From the NCBI RefSeq assembly GCF_009914755.1, contig NC_060928.1: a stretch of 64,000 bases of DNA. One strand, 5' to 3'. How positions within the stretch are numbered: position 1 is the stretch's first letter; the number at the start of each line of letters is the position of its first letter. Position numbers and translations under genes: made by a program. This DNA comes from the human T2T-CHM13v2.0 reference genome, Homo sapiens. Below the pieces are notes generated by a model. It ran no database searches and had not been told where the DNA came from. It was given only the letters and a program-made list of their open reading frames with translations. Below are positions 1-13,013 of the stretch, piece by piece.

Positions 1-359
1 CTCAGCACCTTGAGCCTGAAAGTGGCCCAGGCAGAAGGGACTTCGTTGAAGAGGGGCCTTCTTGGACTGGCCAGCCCTGGCTTAGAACGGCTTGCTTTCA
101 GCATTTGGGACTTAGAGGATTTGAAACGGTTTGGGTGGGAGAGTCATCATTTAAAATGCATTTGCCTATGAGGGAAAAAAGGTCAAAGACTTTTACACTC
201 TGCCATGTATCTGCCCCCGTTGACCCTATGATGGTCACTTGATTTGTCTGATTCTCTCTTCCCTGAGTCAGTTTCTGCATCTGTAAAATGGGCATGAGAA
301 TGTCTCTGCTAAGGCACCGAGGAAAGGTGACACGTGATGATAGACATGAAAATGCTTGA

Positions 360-660
<301 letters not shown>

Positions 661-981
661 TTTTTTTTTAGAAAATACTCAAAGGAGGAAACGTCATTTT
701 TATTTCTCTCCCTTCCCTCTCTCCATTGGTTTTCTCTTGGAAGTCCCAGGCACCTATGTCTCTGACACCAACTGTTCTCTTATGGCCATTAGTGGGTTTC
801 AAACAGCTCATTTGATCCCTTCTTATAAACCTGGAGTGAGCGTAAGGACCTCAGCATGCTGCAGAATGAGAGTTTGAGGCAGGGTGTGCTGTGGCTTGTA
901 CTGATGAGGGACGTGCCAATATTCTTACTCTTCATTTCCGATACCCTGAAAGTCTTTTCCGCTTCTCATTTTATTTTGCAG

Positions 982-1066
982 TGTAGACGTTGACCTGTGT
1001 ATCTACAGCCTTCACTTAAAAGACCTGCTGCATTTGGACACGGCACTGAGGCAGGAAAAGCATATG
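982..1066 (+). CDS. EVC: EVC exon 5 (85 nt)
   Basis: Acceptor ttttattttgcag|, donor ATG|gtaggt. Encodes (S)[28 protein letters not shown]. Confidence 0.95.
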
Positions 1067-1989
1067 GTAGGTGGAGATGTTCGCATTCCCTCCTTTTCAT
1101 GGGGACAGGAGCTGGGAGACAAGGACTCTGTGTGCAGTGAGTCCCAGAGACCCTTGAGAGGCAGACATCAGTGGAAACAGAGCCGCTGTGAGGTGGGGGA
1201 AAGCGGTGCTGTCAGGCATCCAGCCACAAAATGGAAAAGCACTTCACGCCTGTTGGTGGGGCATGGCCTTGACTTCAACCAGAGCTGTAGGGGCCTCAGC
1301 AGAAAGATGAGTGCCTCCTCCCGGGCTACACCTCCTGCTGGAGATAGAGATAAAAGATATTTAAAAGAGAACAATATGTTTAAAGGAATGATAATAATGA
1401 TAAGAATATTTATGAGCATGAATTTTCTTGAGTCTTGCTATGTACCAGGTCCCAGGAGTATTACACTTAAACCTCAGCACAACCCAGAGGGGCGGGTGTC
1501 ATTATCATGTCCACTCTGCAGGTGAGAAAACTGAGGCACAGGGCAGAGGATTTACCCAAAGTTATAAAGCTGCAGGAGTGGCACTGAGATGAGAAGTTCA
1601 GTACCTTTTCATGGGGCCGCGTGTTCTCTTGACTGAATGAACAAGAACTCAGAACTGTGGATGTGGGGAAAACAACATTAGTCTCTGCCAGATGCACCTG
1701 GCCTCTGATTGAATCAGCCATGGACCTGAGCTATGGGAAGCCAGAGAGAGGAGTCCCACTTTAGCCGCAGAACCCCGGTGGGTTTATTCAGGCATCAAGA
1801 TCACGGGGGTTAAAAAAAAGTGTTATTTCTCCATAAGGCACATTCTCTGAATTACTGAATGAGGAATGAGACCCTACAGAGAGAAGGCAGATGAGAGAAA
1901 GAGGAGAGCTAGAAACAGGTGGACAGACACACAGATATGTCTACAGGGCACTCTTACAAACTGGAGAAGAGCAAGAACATCACGTTGGA

Positions 1990-2303
1990 GGCCAGGCATG
2001 GTGGCTCACGACTATAATATCAGGGTTTGGGAGGCTGAGGTGGGAGGATTGCTTAAGCCCAGGAATTTGAGACCAGCCTGGGCAACATGGCAAAACCCTA
2101 TCTCTACCAAAAACAAAAACAAACAAACAAACAAACACTTAGCCTGGTGCAGTGGTGTGTGCCTATAGTCCTAGGTACTCAGGAGGCTGAGGTGAGAGGA
2201 ACACTTGAGTCCAGGAGATGGAGGCTGCAGTGAACTGTGATCACACCACTGCACTCCGACCTGGGCAACACAGCGACATCCTGTCTCAAAAAACAAAAAA
2301 CAA
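1990..2303 (+). mobile_element. Alu (AluJ-like)
   Basis: Starts GGCCAGGCATGGTGGCTCAC; A-rich linker and tail. Confidence 0.9.
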
Positions 2304-3799
2304 GAATAGCACACTGGGGATGTGCCTGGAAGAAGCTTGGGCTCTGTGTGAGCAGGACTGACTGGCCTCGTAAACGGGTGCCAATGTTTGAAACCATAAA
2401 TATGCTAGAATTCAAGAACTAGAGCATGGCCCTTCACCCCCTCTATCCCCAGCCCCATGGAGGTCCCTGGATGGGGGCCACCAGGCAGCCTGTGTCCAGC
2501 TTTCCTCAGTGAGCTACACCTGGCCCTGGCTGTTTTCTCCAAGGCTCCATGCTTCCTGAGAGGACCAGTTGTTTCTGGGCTCAGAGCCTGTCCAGTTGGC
2601 AAGCAGAGTAGTCCTGGCTGGCCTCGCCCCACAGCCAGCGAGTGTCCACAGGGAGCAGCTTACAGTCCTGGAGGGAGCGTTCAGCATCACTCACCATCCA
2701 GCACAGGGGTGTGGCCTCTGCACACTGCCAGGCACGGTGTCAGACCCCAGGGGCAGCCTCTGCCTTTGTGGAGCCCACTCTCTGGGGCAGTGGGGAGGGC
2801 AGTAAACAGATGTCACAAAATAAACGGTGGCAGGCAGCATGGCAAAGGCCTGTGACAAAGCATCATGCGAGTGTGAAGGGGGCACCTGAGGGAATGCAGA
2901 GCTGGGGAGATGGTCAGGCTTCCCTGTGGGGAGTCTCTTTGGTGGAAACCCAGGGAAGTTCCAGGAGCACTGGATTAAGGGACAGTCCTAGACCCTAGTC
3001 CACCCTTTGACAATTAGGAGCTGTGTGACTTTGGGTAAGTTGCTTCACCTCTCTGGGCCACTTTAGGAAAGGCTTAAATAAAATATCCTTTCAGCTATTG
3101 CTATATGGAGTTACTGGGAAGTCAAGCTGCCCTGCTTTGAGAGGGTTCTGTGGGTAGAACTCTGGGCTCCATATCACAGCTGTGTGGCTGGCATGGTCAC
3201 AGCAGTGATGATTCTGCACGTACACTCTGGTAGGCTCAGTGCTTTAAATGTTTTACTTTTTTGAAGCTTTACATGCCACTTCACTAACGAGGAACCTGAG
3301 GTTCAGAGAGGTTAAGTCACTTGCCCAAAGTCACACAGCTGGTGATGGCAGAATCAGACCTGGACAAGGTCTGTGTGAGTGAAAGGCCCCTGCATGCCCA
3401 GGTGTGGCCCTGCACCCTGCATGTTAAAGGTGCTCAGGAGAAATGTGTTGCACGTGTGATTGGCACCGCCCTGAAAGAGCTGCTTCCCAGCAGGGTCCTT
3501 CCTGCTCTGGGGAGCATAACTCTATCGTCGTGTGCTGGGACTGTAAGAACCTGGTGAGCCGCTGGGAGCTGTGCTGCCTGGAGACTTAAATACTCTGTTT
3601 CCCTGGTAGAGATGAGCTGGGGTTCAGAAGTTATTCAGACCACATGAGACCCTCATGCATCCCAGAAGCTTAGAACTCCCTGGCTGGCCCTGAGGAGGAA
3701 GAAACTGGCTCTGGGCTTGTCCAAGAGGCAGGAGAAGCTGGAGTGTAACCTCTATAAACAGAGTGGCCAGGATGAGAACAGATTGGGGGCATGGAGGAA

Positions 3800-4083
3800 G
3801 ATTAAATAAAGGGGAGCACCAGCACTAGGGGGTTCTCATGGTGCTAGAATATTACTTTGATTGTGGCTGCACTTACGTGAATCTATACATGGGGTAAAAT
3901 TGCATAGAACTACACACACACACACACACACACATGCACACACATAAATGTGCATAAAGATGGGTGAAAACTGAAGAAGGTCTGTAGACAGCAGTATTCA
4001 ACCAGTGGCAATTTCCCAGTTTTGGTACTGCACCATGGTGACATCAGAACCACCCCTGGGGGAGGAGCACACAGCACTTTGTG
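3800..4083 (+). mobile_element. Ancient L1M (L1MC/MD-like) 3' UTR fragment with a (CA)n tract; resumes after Tigger1 at about 6750-6792
   Basis: Resembles L1M 3' end (ttgcatagaactacacacac..., then tattatttttgtaccttcatttgaatctataactatctcaaa after the Tigger). Boundaries approximate. Confidence 0.55.
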
Positions 4084-6749
4084 CCGGCACACCTGGCGTT
4101 ATTGCATTTCACTTAATTGCGCTTCAGAGATGCTGCATTTTTTTTTTTTTTTTTTTTACAAATTGAAGGGTTTTGGCAACTCTGCATCCAGGAAGTCTGT
4201 TGGCTCCATTTTTCCAACAGCACATGCTCACTTCATGTCTTTGTGTGACATTTTGGTAATTCTTGCAATATTTCAAACTTATTCACTATTATTGTGTTAT
4301 GGTGATCTGTGATCAGTGACCTTTGACGTTATGATTGTAATTGTTTGGGGACACCACATGCTGCGCCAGTATGAGACAACAAACTTAATTAATAAATGTT
4401 GTGTGTGTTCTGACTGCTCCACCAACTGGCCATTCCCTCTCCTTGGGCCTCCCTATTTCTTGAGACACAGTAATATTGAAATTAAGCCAGTTAGTAACGC
4501 TGCAATGGCCTTTAGGTGTTTGAGTGAAAGAGAGTCGCGTGTCTCTCACTTTTAAGTCAAAAGCTAGAAATTATGAAGCATAGTGAGGAAGGCAGGTCTA
4601 AAGCTGAGATAGGCTGAAAGCTGGGCTTCTTATACCACACAGCCAAGTTGTGAATGCAAAGAAAAAGTTCTTGAAGGAAATTAAAAGTGCTACGCCAGTG
4701 AACACACGAATGATCAGAAAGCAAAACAACCTTATTGCTGATATGGAGAAAGTCTGAGTGGTCTGCATAGAAGATCAAACCAGACACAACATCCCCTTAA
4801 GCCAAAGCCTAATCCAGAGCAATACTCTAACTCTCTTCAATTCTGTGAGTGCTGAGAGAGGTGAGGAAGCTGCAGAAGAAAAATTTGAAGCTAGCAGAGC
4901 ATGAGGTTTAAAGAAAGAAGCTGTCTCCAGAACAAACAAAAGTGCAAGGTGAAGCAGCAGCAAGTGCTGATGGAGAAGCTTCAGCAAGTTACCCAGAAGA
5001 TCTAGCTAAGACCATTGAGCAAGGTGGCTGCACTAAACAACAGATTTTCAATGCAGATGAAATAGCACAATATGGTCATGGAAGAAGATGCCATCTAAGA
5101 CTTCATAGCTAAAGAGGAGAAGTCAATACCTGGCTTCAAAGCTTCAAAGAACAGGCTGACTCTCTCGCTAGGGGCTAATGCGGGAGATGACTTTAAGTTG
5201 AAGCCAGTGCTCATGCACCACTCCAAAAGTCCTAGGGCCCTTAAGGGTGATGCTAAATCTACTCTGCCTGTGCTCTATAAGTGGAACAACAAAGCCTGGA
5301 TCACAACACAGCTGTTTATAGCATAGTTTAAGCCCACTATTGACACCTACTGCCCAGAAAATAAACTTCTTTTCAAAATGTTACTGGTCATTTTCAAAAC
5401 CCCTGGTCACCCGAGAGCTCTGATGAAGATGTACAAGGAAGTTAATGTCATTTTCATGCCTGCTAACACAACATTCATTCTGAGCCTATTGATTAAAGAG
5501 TAATTTCAACTTTCAAGTCTTATTATTTAAGAAATACATTTCCTAAGGCTCTAACTGCCATACATAGTGATTCCTCTGAAGGATTTGAACAATGTAAATT
5601 GAAAACCTTCTGGAAAGGATTCACCATTCTAGATGCCATTGAGAATATTCATGATTCATAGGAGGAGGTCAAAATATCAACATTAACAAGAGTTTGGAAG
5701 AGGTTGATTTCAATCCTCATGAATGACTTTGAGGGGATTCAGAACTTCAGTGGAGGAAGTCATTGGAAATGTGGAAATAGCAAGAAAACTAGGATTAGAA
5801 TTGGAGCCTGAAGATGGGACTGAGCTGCTGCAATCTCATGATGAAACATGACTGGATGAGGAGCTGCTTCTGATGGATGAGCAATGAAAGTGGTTTCTAG
5901 AGAAGGAATCTGCTTCTGGTGAAGATGCTGTGAACATTGTTGAAATGACAAAAAGGATTTAGAATACTATGTAAACTTATTTGATAAAGCAGCTGCAGGG
6001 TTTGAGAGGATTGACTCCAAGTTTTAAAGTTCTACTGTGGGCAAATTGCTATCGAATAGCATGGCACGCTGCAGAGAAATCTTTTGTGAAAGGAAGAGTC
6101 AGCTGATGTGGCCCACTTCAGAGTGGTCTTATTTTAAGAAACTGCCACAGCCACCCTAACCTTCAGCAACCACTACCCTCATAAGTCAGTAGCCATCAAC
6201 ATTGAGACAAGACCCTCCACCAGCTAAAAGATTACAACTTTTTTTTTTTTTTTAAGACGGAGATCTCAACTCACTGCAAACTTTGCCTCCCAGATTCAAG
6301 TGATTCTCCCGCCTCAGCCTCCCGAGCAGCTGGGACCACAGGCGCGCACCACCTCGCCCAGACAATTTTTGCATTTTTAGTAGAGACGGGGTTTCACCAT
6401 GTTGGCCAGGATGGGTCTCAATCTCTTGACCTTGTGATCCACCTGCCTCCGCCTCCCAAAGTGCTGGGATTACGGGTGTGAGCCACCGCACCCAACCCAA
6501 CAACTTTTTTTTAATAATCATCTTAGGCTCAGATGATCATTAGCATTTTTTAGGAAGAAGTTATTTTTAAAATTAAGGTATGTACTTTTTTAGACATACT
6601 GCTATTGTACACTTAGACTACAGTATAGTGTAAACATAGCTTTTATATGCACTAGAAAACCAAAAAATGTGTGCGGCTTGCTTTATTGTGATATTCACCT
6701 TACTGAGGTGGCCTGAAATCAACCCTACAATACCTCCATGGTATGCTTG
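4084..6749 (+). mobile_element. Tigger1 DNA transposon (pogo/TcMar), near full length, decayed transposase
   Basis: Termini ccggcacacct / ggtatgcttg|ta resemble the CAGGCATACCT TIR with TA target. Internal sequence atggcctttaggtgtttgagtgaaagagagtcgcg... matches the Tigger1 transposase start. About 2.4 kb after removing the nested Alu. Confidence 0.9.
6239..6497 (-). mobile_element. Alu (AluSc-like) inserted in Tigger1, with about 35 bp deleted in the right arm
   Basis: Poly-T then Alu reverse complement. acaacttttt flanks both sides as a likely TSD. Confidence 0.88.
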
Positions 6750-7211
6750 TATTATTTTTGTACCTTCATTTGAATCTATAACTATCTCAAAGTTGGCACT
6801 ATGGAAAGGGAGAGGATGAGGGCTGTAAACATTACTGATTTATTTGGGGTCAGGAAGAAAGTAGACTCGAAACTAACATCTTGCAAAAATAATGTTATTA
6901 TATCTTATACCATATCAGTCTTCAGTGAGTAGAAAGCCAGGACACCACTTTCTCCTTAGAGCTCATTGTCATTGGCAAATATAATGAAGGTTGGTGGGCA
7001 GAATTCTGGGTTCAAATCTCAGCTCTGTCGCATGTGGCTGTGTGGCAGGAGGCAAGTGGCCCCTGCAAGTTGCTGGGCATTTTCTCATCTGTAAAATGCG
7101 GAAGATGGTACCAACCTCCCCGCATGCCATGGAGATCAAGTGATAGTATGTATAATACATACATTAGGCTGGCCCAGAAGAGTGATTAACAAGCCTTAAT
7201 CCATTAAAAGA

Positions 7212-7395
7212 AGGATCAAAAACTGTGGCCCTTGAGCCAAATCTGGCCATGTCCTTCTTTTCCATATTGCCTGTATGCCTGTGTGGCATATGCCACAACC
7301 GCAGAACTGAGTAGTTGCAAAAGAGATCATATGGCCTGCAAAGCCAAAAAAAATTTGCTGTTTCACCCTTTACTGAAAAAGTTTGCTAACCCCTG
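7212..7395. mobile_element. MER58A-like hAT-Charlie MITE
   Basis: caaaaactgtggcccttgagccaaatctggcc...gaaaaagtttgctaacccctg resembles MER58 termini. Confidence 0.65.
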
Positions 7396-7415
7396 CATTT
7401 AAAAATGCCTTACCA

Positions 7416-7548
7416 GGCGGGATGCAGTGACTCATGCCTATAATCCCAGCACTTTGGGAGGTGGAGGCAGGCAGGTTGCATGAGTTCAGGAGTTCGAGAC
7501 CAGCCTGGGCAACACAGAGAAACCCCATCTCAAAAAAAAAAAAAAAAA
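7416..7548 (+). mobile_element. Free left Alu monomer (FLAM-like)
   Basis: Single Alu arm ending accccatctc plus poly-A; gccttacc repeated on both flanks. Confidence 0.8.
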
Positions 7549-7599
7549 GCCTTACCGGTTCACCAAAGAAAAAGAAAATGCCTTATTATATCTAAATGA

Positions 7600-8850
<1,251 letters not shown>

Positions 8851-9346
8851 CAGCCCCCTCTGTACTTCCTGGGTATCCCCACTTATGGGAGGGTTCTTCC
8901 TAGTTTAAAGGACATCTCCATCCATTGAAACAGGAGACTGACATGGATAACTTTTCGTTTCCAGTTCCATACAACTATCCCGCTGATTCTTTCTTCAAAG
9001 AAGCAAACCCTCCTTTGCTTTTTATATTTTCTTCACACATGGAAATGGGGGATGTGGAGGGCCTTGCACAGAGTAAGCACTCAATATTTGTTGAATACAT
9101 GCATGAGGAAGAAAGGAAGCTTTTTAAGGAAGCTTCATGAAAATGTAATGCATTATGGGCCATTGTCATGATTTATAATCGGAGTTCCTTTCCTTCAGCA
9201 AAAAATATACGTGAAGAGAGGGTGAAAGAGAAGAAAAGAAGGAGAGAGGCAGTGGGGGAGGGAGGGAGAAGAGAAAACAGAAAGCAAAAGACAAAAATAC
9301 CATCGATTAAACTTTTCTTTTGTTATCTTTCCTTTCTTGGCAATAG

Positions 9347-9508
<162 letters not shown>

Positions 9509-10016
9509 TGATGCAAAAATTTTTTTCTTTCATGTATAAAATAGCTTATTACAATATATACTTTTCAACACAGTATAGTGAAATATAAAAGTATGTATAC
9601 AAATATTTAAAAAGTGTATTATTAAAATTTGGAATACTATTTATAGCAAAGAGAATAATATTGGTCATATCTACTACTCAAAGACGGTCACTGTTAATGT
9701 TTTTTTCTGCACACATTTGGGATATTTTTAAAGACATAATTTGTTTATTGGTTATAGCTATGTATACTACTTTGTATTCTATTCTCAGTCTTTTATGGAA
9801 AGTTTATTTTGTCTCAGGCGCAGCAAAGAGTCAGGGCTTGGAGTCAGACTGGTTGAGGTTGGTATCCTGGCTTTATCTTTTACAAGCTCTCAGAATCGTA
9901 GTTTCCTTTTTGTATAGTGAGATAATTCCTGTTCTGCGAGAGTGCAGAAAGGATAAGAGAGATGTGTATGATACACCTAGCAATGTCATAGTTGGCTGTG
10001 AATATGTGATGGCTGC

Positions 10017-11230
10017 TGTCATCCTCATTATCACAACCACCACCAAAATCATCATCATCTTCATTATCACCACCAGTTTTATTTTGTATCACCATCACCA
10101 CCACTATTACTATCACAGTTCTCTTCTTCATCATGTCATTGTTGTCATCACCATAAACACCATCATCTTTGCTATTGTCACCACTGACATCATCATTCTT
10201 TGTCTTTACCACCATCATCATCATCCTCATGACCGCTGTCATCACCAACACCATCACCATCCTCATGTCCTCATTACCATCATCATGAGCATCATTTTTA
10301 TCATTGTTGTAATTATTGGCATTCTCATTACTACCATCACCGCCATCATCATCTTCATTACCACCATAATCATCATCACCATCCTTATTGCCATCACCAC
10401 CACCAATGTTGCAGGGCAGGCAAGCTCCAGAATAGGGTTTAGCCTGGGAGGGTACTTGGCTTCACCTAGGAAGGAATTCAAGGGAGAGCCAGTGGTGTTA
10501 GACAGTAGTGTTTTAGTGAATGGTGCCACTCCTTGCGGAGCAGGGCTAACCCGTAGGCAGTGTGCCCAGAGTTGGTAACATATGGATGCTTGGCAACTGT
10601 ATTTATACTCATGTAAACCCACTTTCAATTACATGCAAATGAAAGGGCAGTTCATTGCAAATTGAGGGACAGGTTATTTAGAACTTTCTAAAAAGGGGAC
10701 AGTAACTTCTGGGTTGTTGCCATGGAAAAGGGTGGTAACTTTTGGGTTGTTGACATGGCATTTGTAATCTGTGGTTGTGCTGGTGGGAGTGTCTTATGCT
10801 AATGAGCAATGAGGGCAGCAAGGGATCACTTTCATCACCATCCACTGGTTCCTGCCGGTTTCTTCACTTTATCCTGTCTGGACCAGATCCCATTTTGATC
10901 AGCAGGGTTGTGATCAGAAAACAAGTCCTGCCAGTCTCCTACCTCACCTTATCCTCACCATCATTGTCATCATTATTCTCGTTACTACTATCACCAGCCT
11001 CTTATTCATCATCCCCTGCCATCATTTTCATTATCATCATCATTGTTATTGTCATCATTTTCATTACTGCCATCGTCATCGCATCATTGTTGTGATAGTC
11101 TTCATCAGCACCACCATCATCACCATCTTCATCAGCACCACCATCACCACCTTTATCATCTTTCCTGCTACCTCTACCTTCAACTTCATTAGAGTCCTCA
11201 TTGTCATCGTCATCGTCCTTGTTCCTACCA
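10017..11230. repeat. Degenerate (CAT/CAC)n low-complexity region split by an LTR
   Basis: catcatcaccacc-type triplets at about 10017-10406 and 10947-11230. Confidence 0.9.
10407..10946 (-). mobile_element. ERV1 solo LTR (MER41/MER50-like, MER4 group)
   Basis: TG...CA termini. Minus strand begins tgaggtaggagactggcaggacttgttttc; contains repeated ggttgttgccatgg motifs. Subfamily tentative. Confidence 0.75.
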
Positions 11231-12770
11231 CTGTGAGATCTGGGGGTTTGGGAAGGAATGTTTCTTCTTTACTCCACTGGATTCCATGAGGAAGGATGAC
11301 TCACTGCATCCCAGGAAGGAGGAAGGACATCATCATCTTCACTGTCATCCTCAGTATCACCACCATGGTCATGGTCCTCAGGCAGTGCACGTCGTGCTTG
11401 ACATACATTATTTCATTTAATAGTTATGACAGCCCTGTGAGTGGCCATTGTTATTTTTGTTTTACAGCTGAAGAAACTGAGACTCCATAAGTTCAAATGA
11501 CTTTCCAATGGCAAAAATGATAATGATGATGATGACATTTATAATGGTATTAGTAATAATGAAACAATACTGTCTGTTATAATAGAAAGAATAAGACCTT
11601 GGAGTCTGCAGACCTCAGATCAGATTCCATCTCTACGAGTTAAACAAGGCTGTCTGAACTTAAGCAAGCATGTTAATTATAATAGTGGCTACTATTTGTT
11701 GAGATAGGCTAGCCAAGTGATTTAAATGCATAATTTCATTTAACACTTGGAATGACCTTAAAACTTTCAGAAGAGGACAAGGAGTGCCCAGAATTTGGAA
11801 GAGTAAGGACAAGCCTGGCACTGCCCCTTCCTGCCTGGGCATCTTTGGACAAACTATCTTACCTTCCATAAACCAGCTTTCTCACCTGGAAATGGGTCAT
11901 AATTTCTCTTTCACAGAGATGCCGTGAGGATTAGAAATCACATATGGCCTCAGCTTGGGTCTTCAATAGTAGTTTATATCAATGTTATTTTTCCTAGTGA
12001 ACCTTGACCCATGCCACACTGTTGGCTATGTGACAATGAATATAGAGAAAATAGAACTGCCTCCCACACACTATCTTGGGGTTTGTGAGTCTATACTTAG
12101 GACTCACCTTTTCCTTCCTGAGTTCAGAATCATTTGAGAGAGTCAGGAGGACAGATATAGAAATGTAGCTTTGTTACTGATTAGAGGCCAGCTTGGACGA
12201 TGTGGCTAACATGCACAGCTATCATGGCTTCCTAATACTGAATCCCAGAATTCACTCAATTGCCTAGCTAGTCACGGGCAATGCTGGGCCACCTCAGGCT
12301 TCCCCACACAGAAACAGGGCCTTGGCTACCCAGCTCACTCTAGGCTGATATCACACCAGAGCAATGGCCTCCCCTGATTGGCCCATCACAAACAGGAAGA
12401 GGCTGGGCAAGTTTCTGGCCTTTAAACCAACCAATCAAATACACACCACTTCCTGCCCTGGGGTGTTGTTCTTTCCCAGGAAAACCAGAAGAGGAGCAAA
12501 GAAACATTCCTTCCCAACCCACCGGATGTCATGATATTTTCCAGGACTTCATAATGATTGAAAGATACTATTTTATTGATTTTTAAAGTATGGTCTAGTT
12601 TTTTTTTTTTTTTTGAGGGAGGATATAGAGGAAAATAATCCATTATTCTTGAGGCTCTATGTTTAATGAGAAAATGGGTCAAACCTCATGTACAACAACC
12701 CCCAGAGCATTTAACTATTGTTTAAAAATATTTTGTGAAATTTGAAAAATAAAAGCATTTATTTTTCTAG

Positions 12771-13013
<243 letters not shown>

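Noticed and set aside
9661-10578. 305-aa His/Ile/Thr-rich ORF
   Set aside because: Arises from stop-poor (CAT/CAC)n repeats running into an LTR; no ATG start context or splice support.
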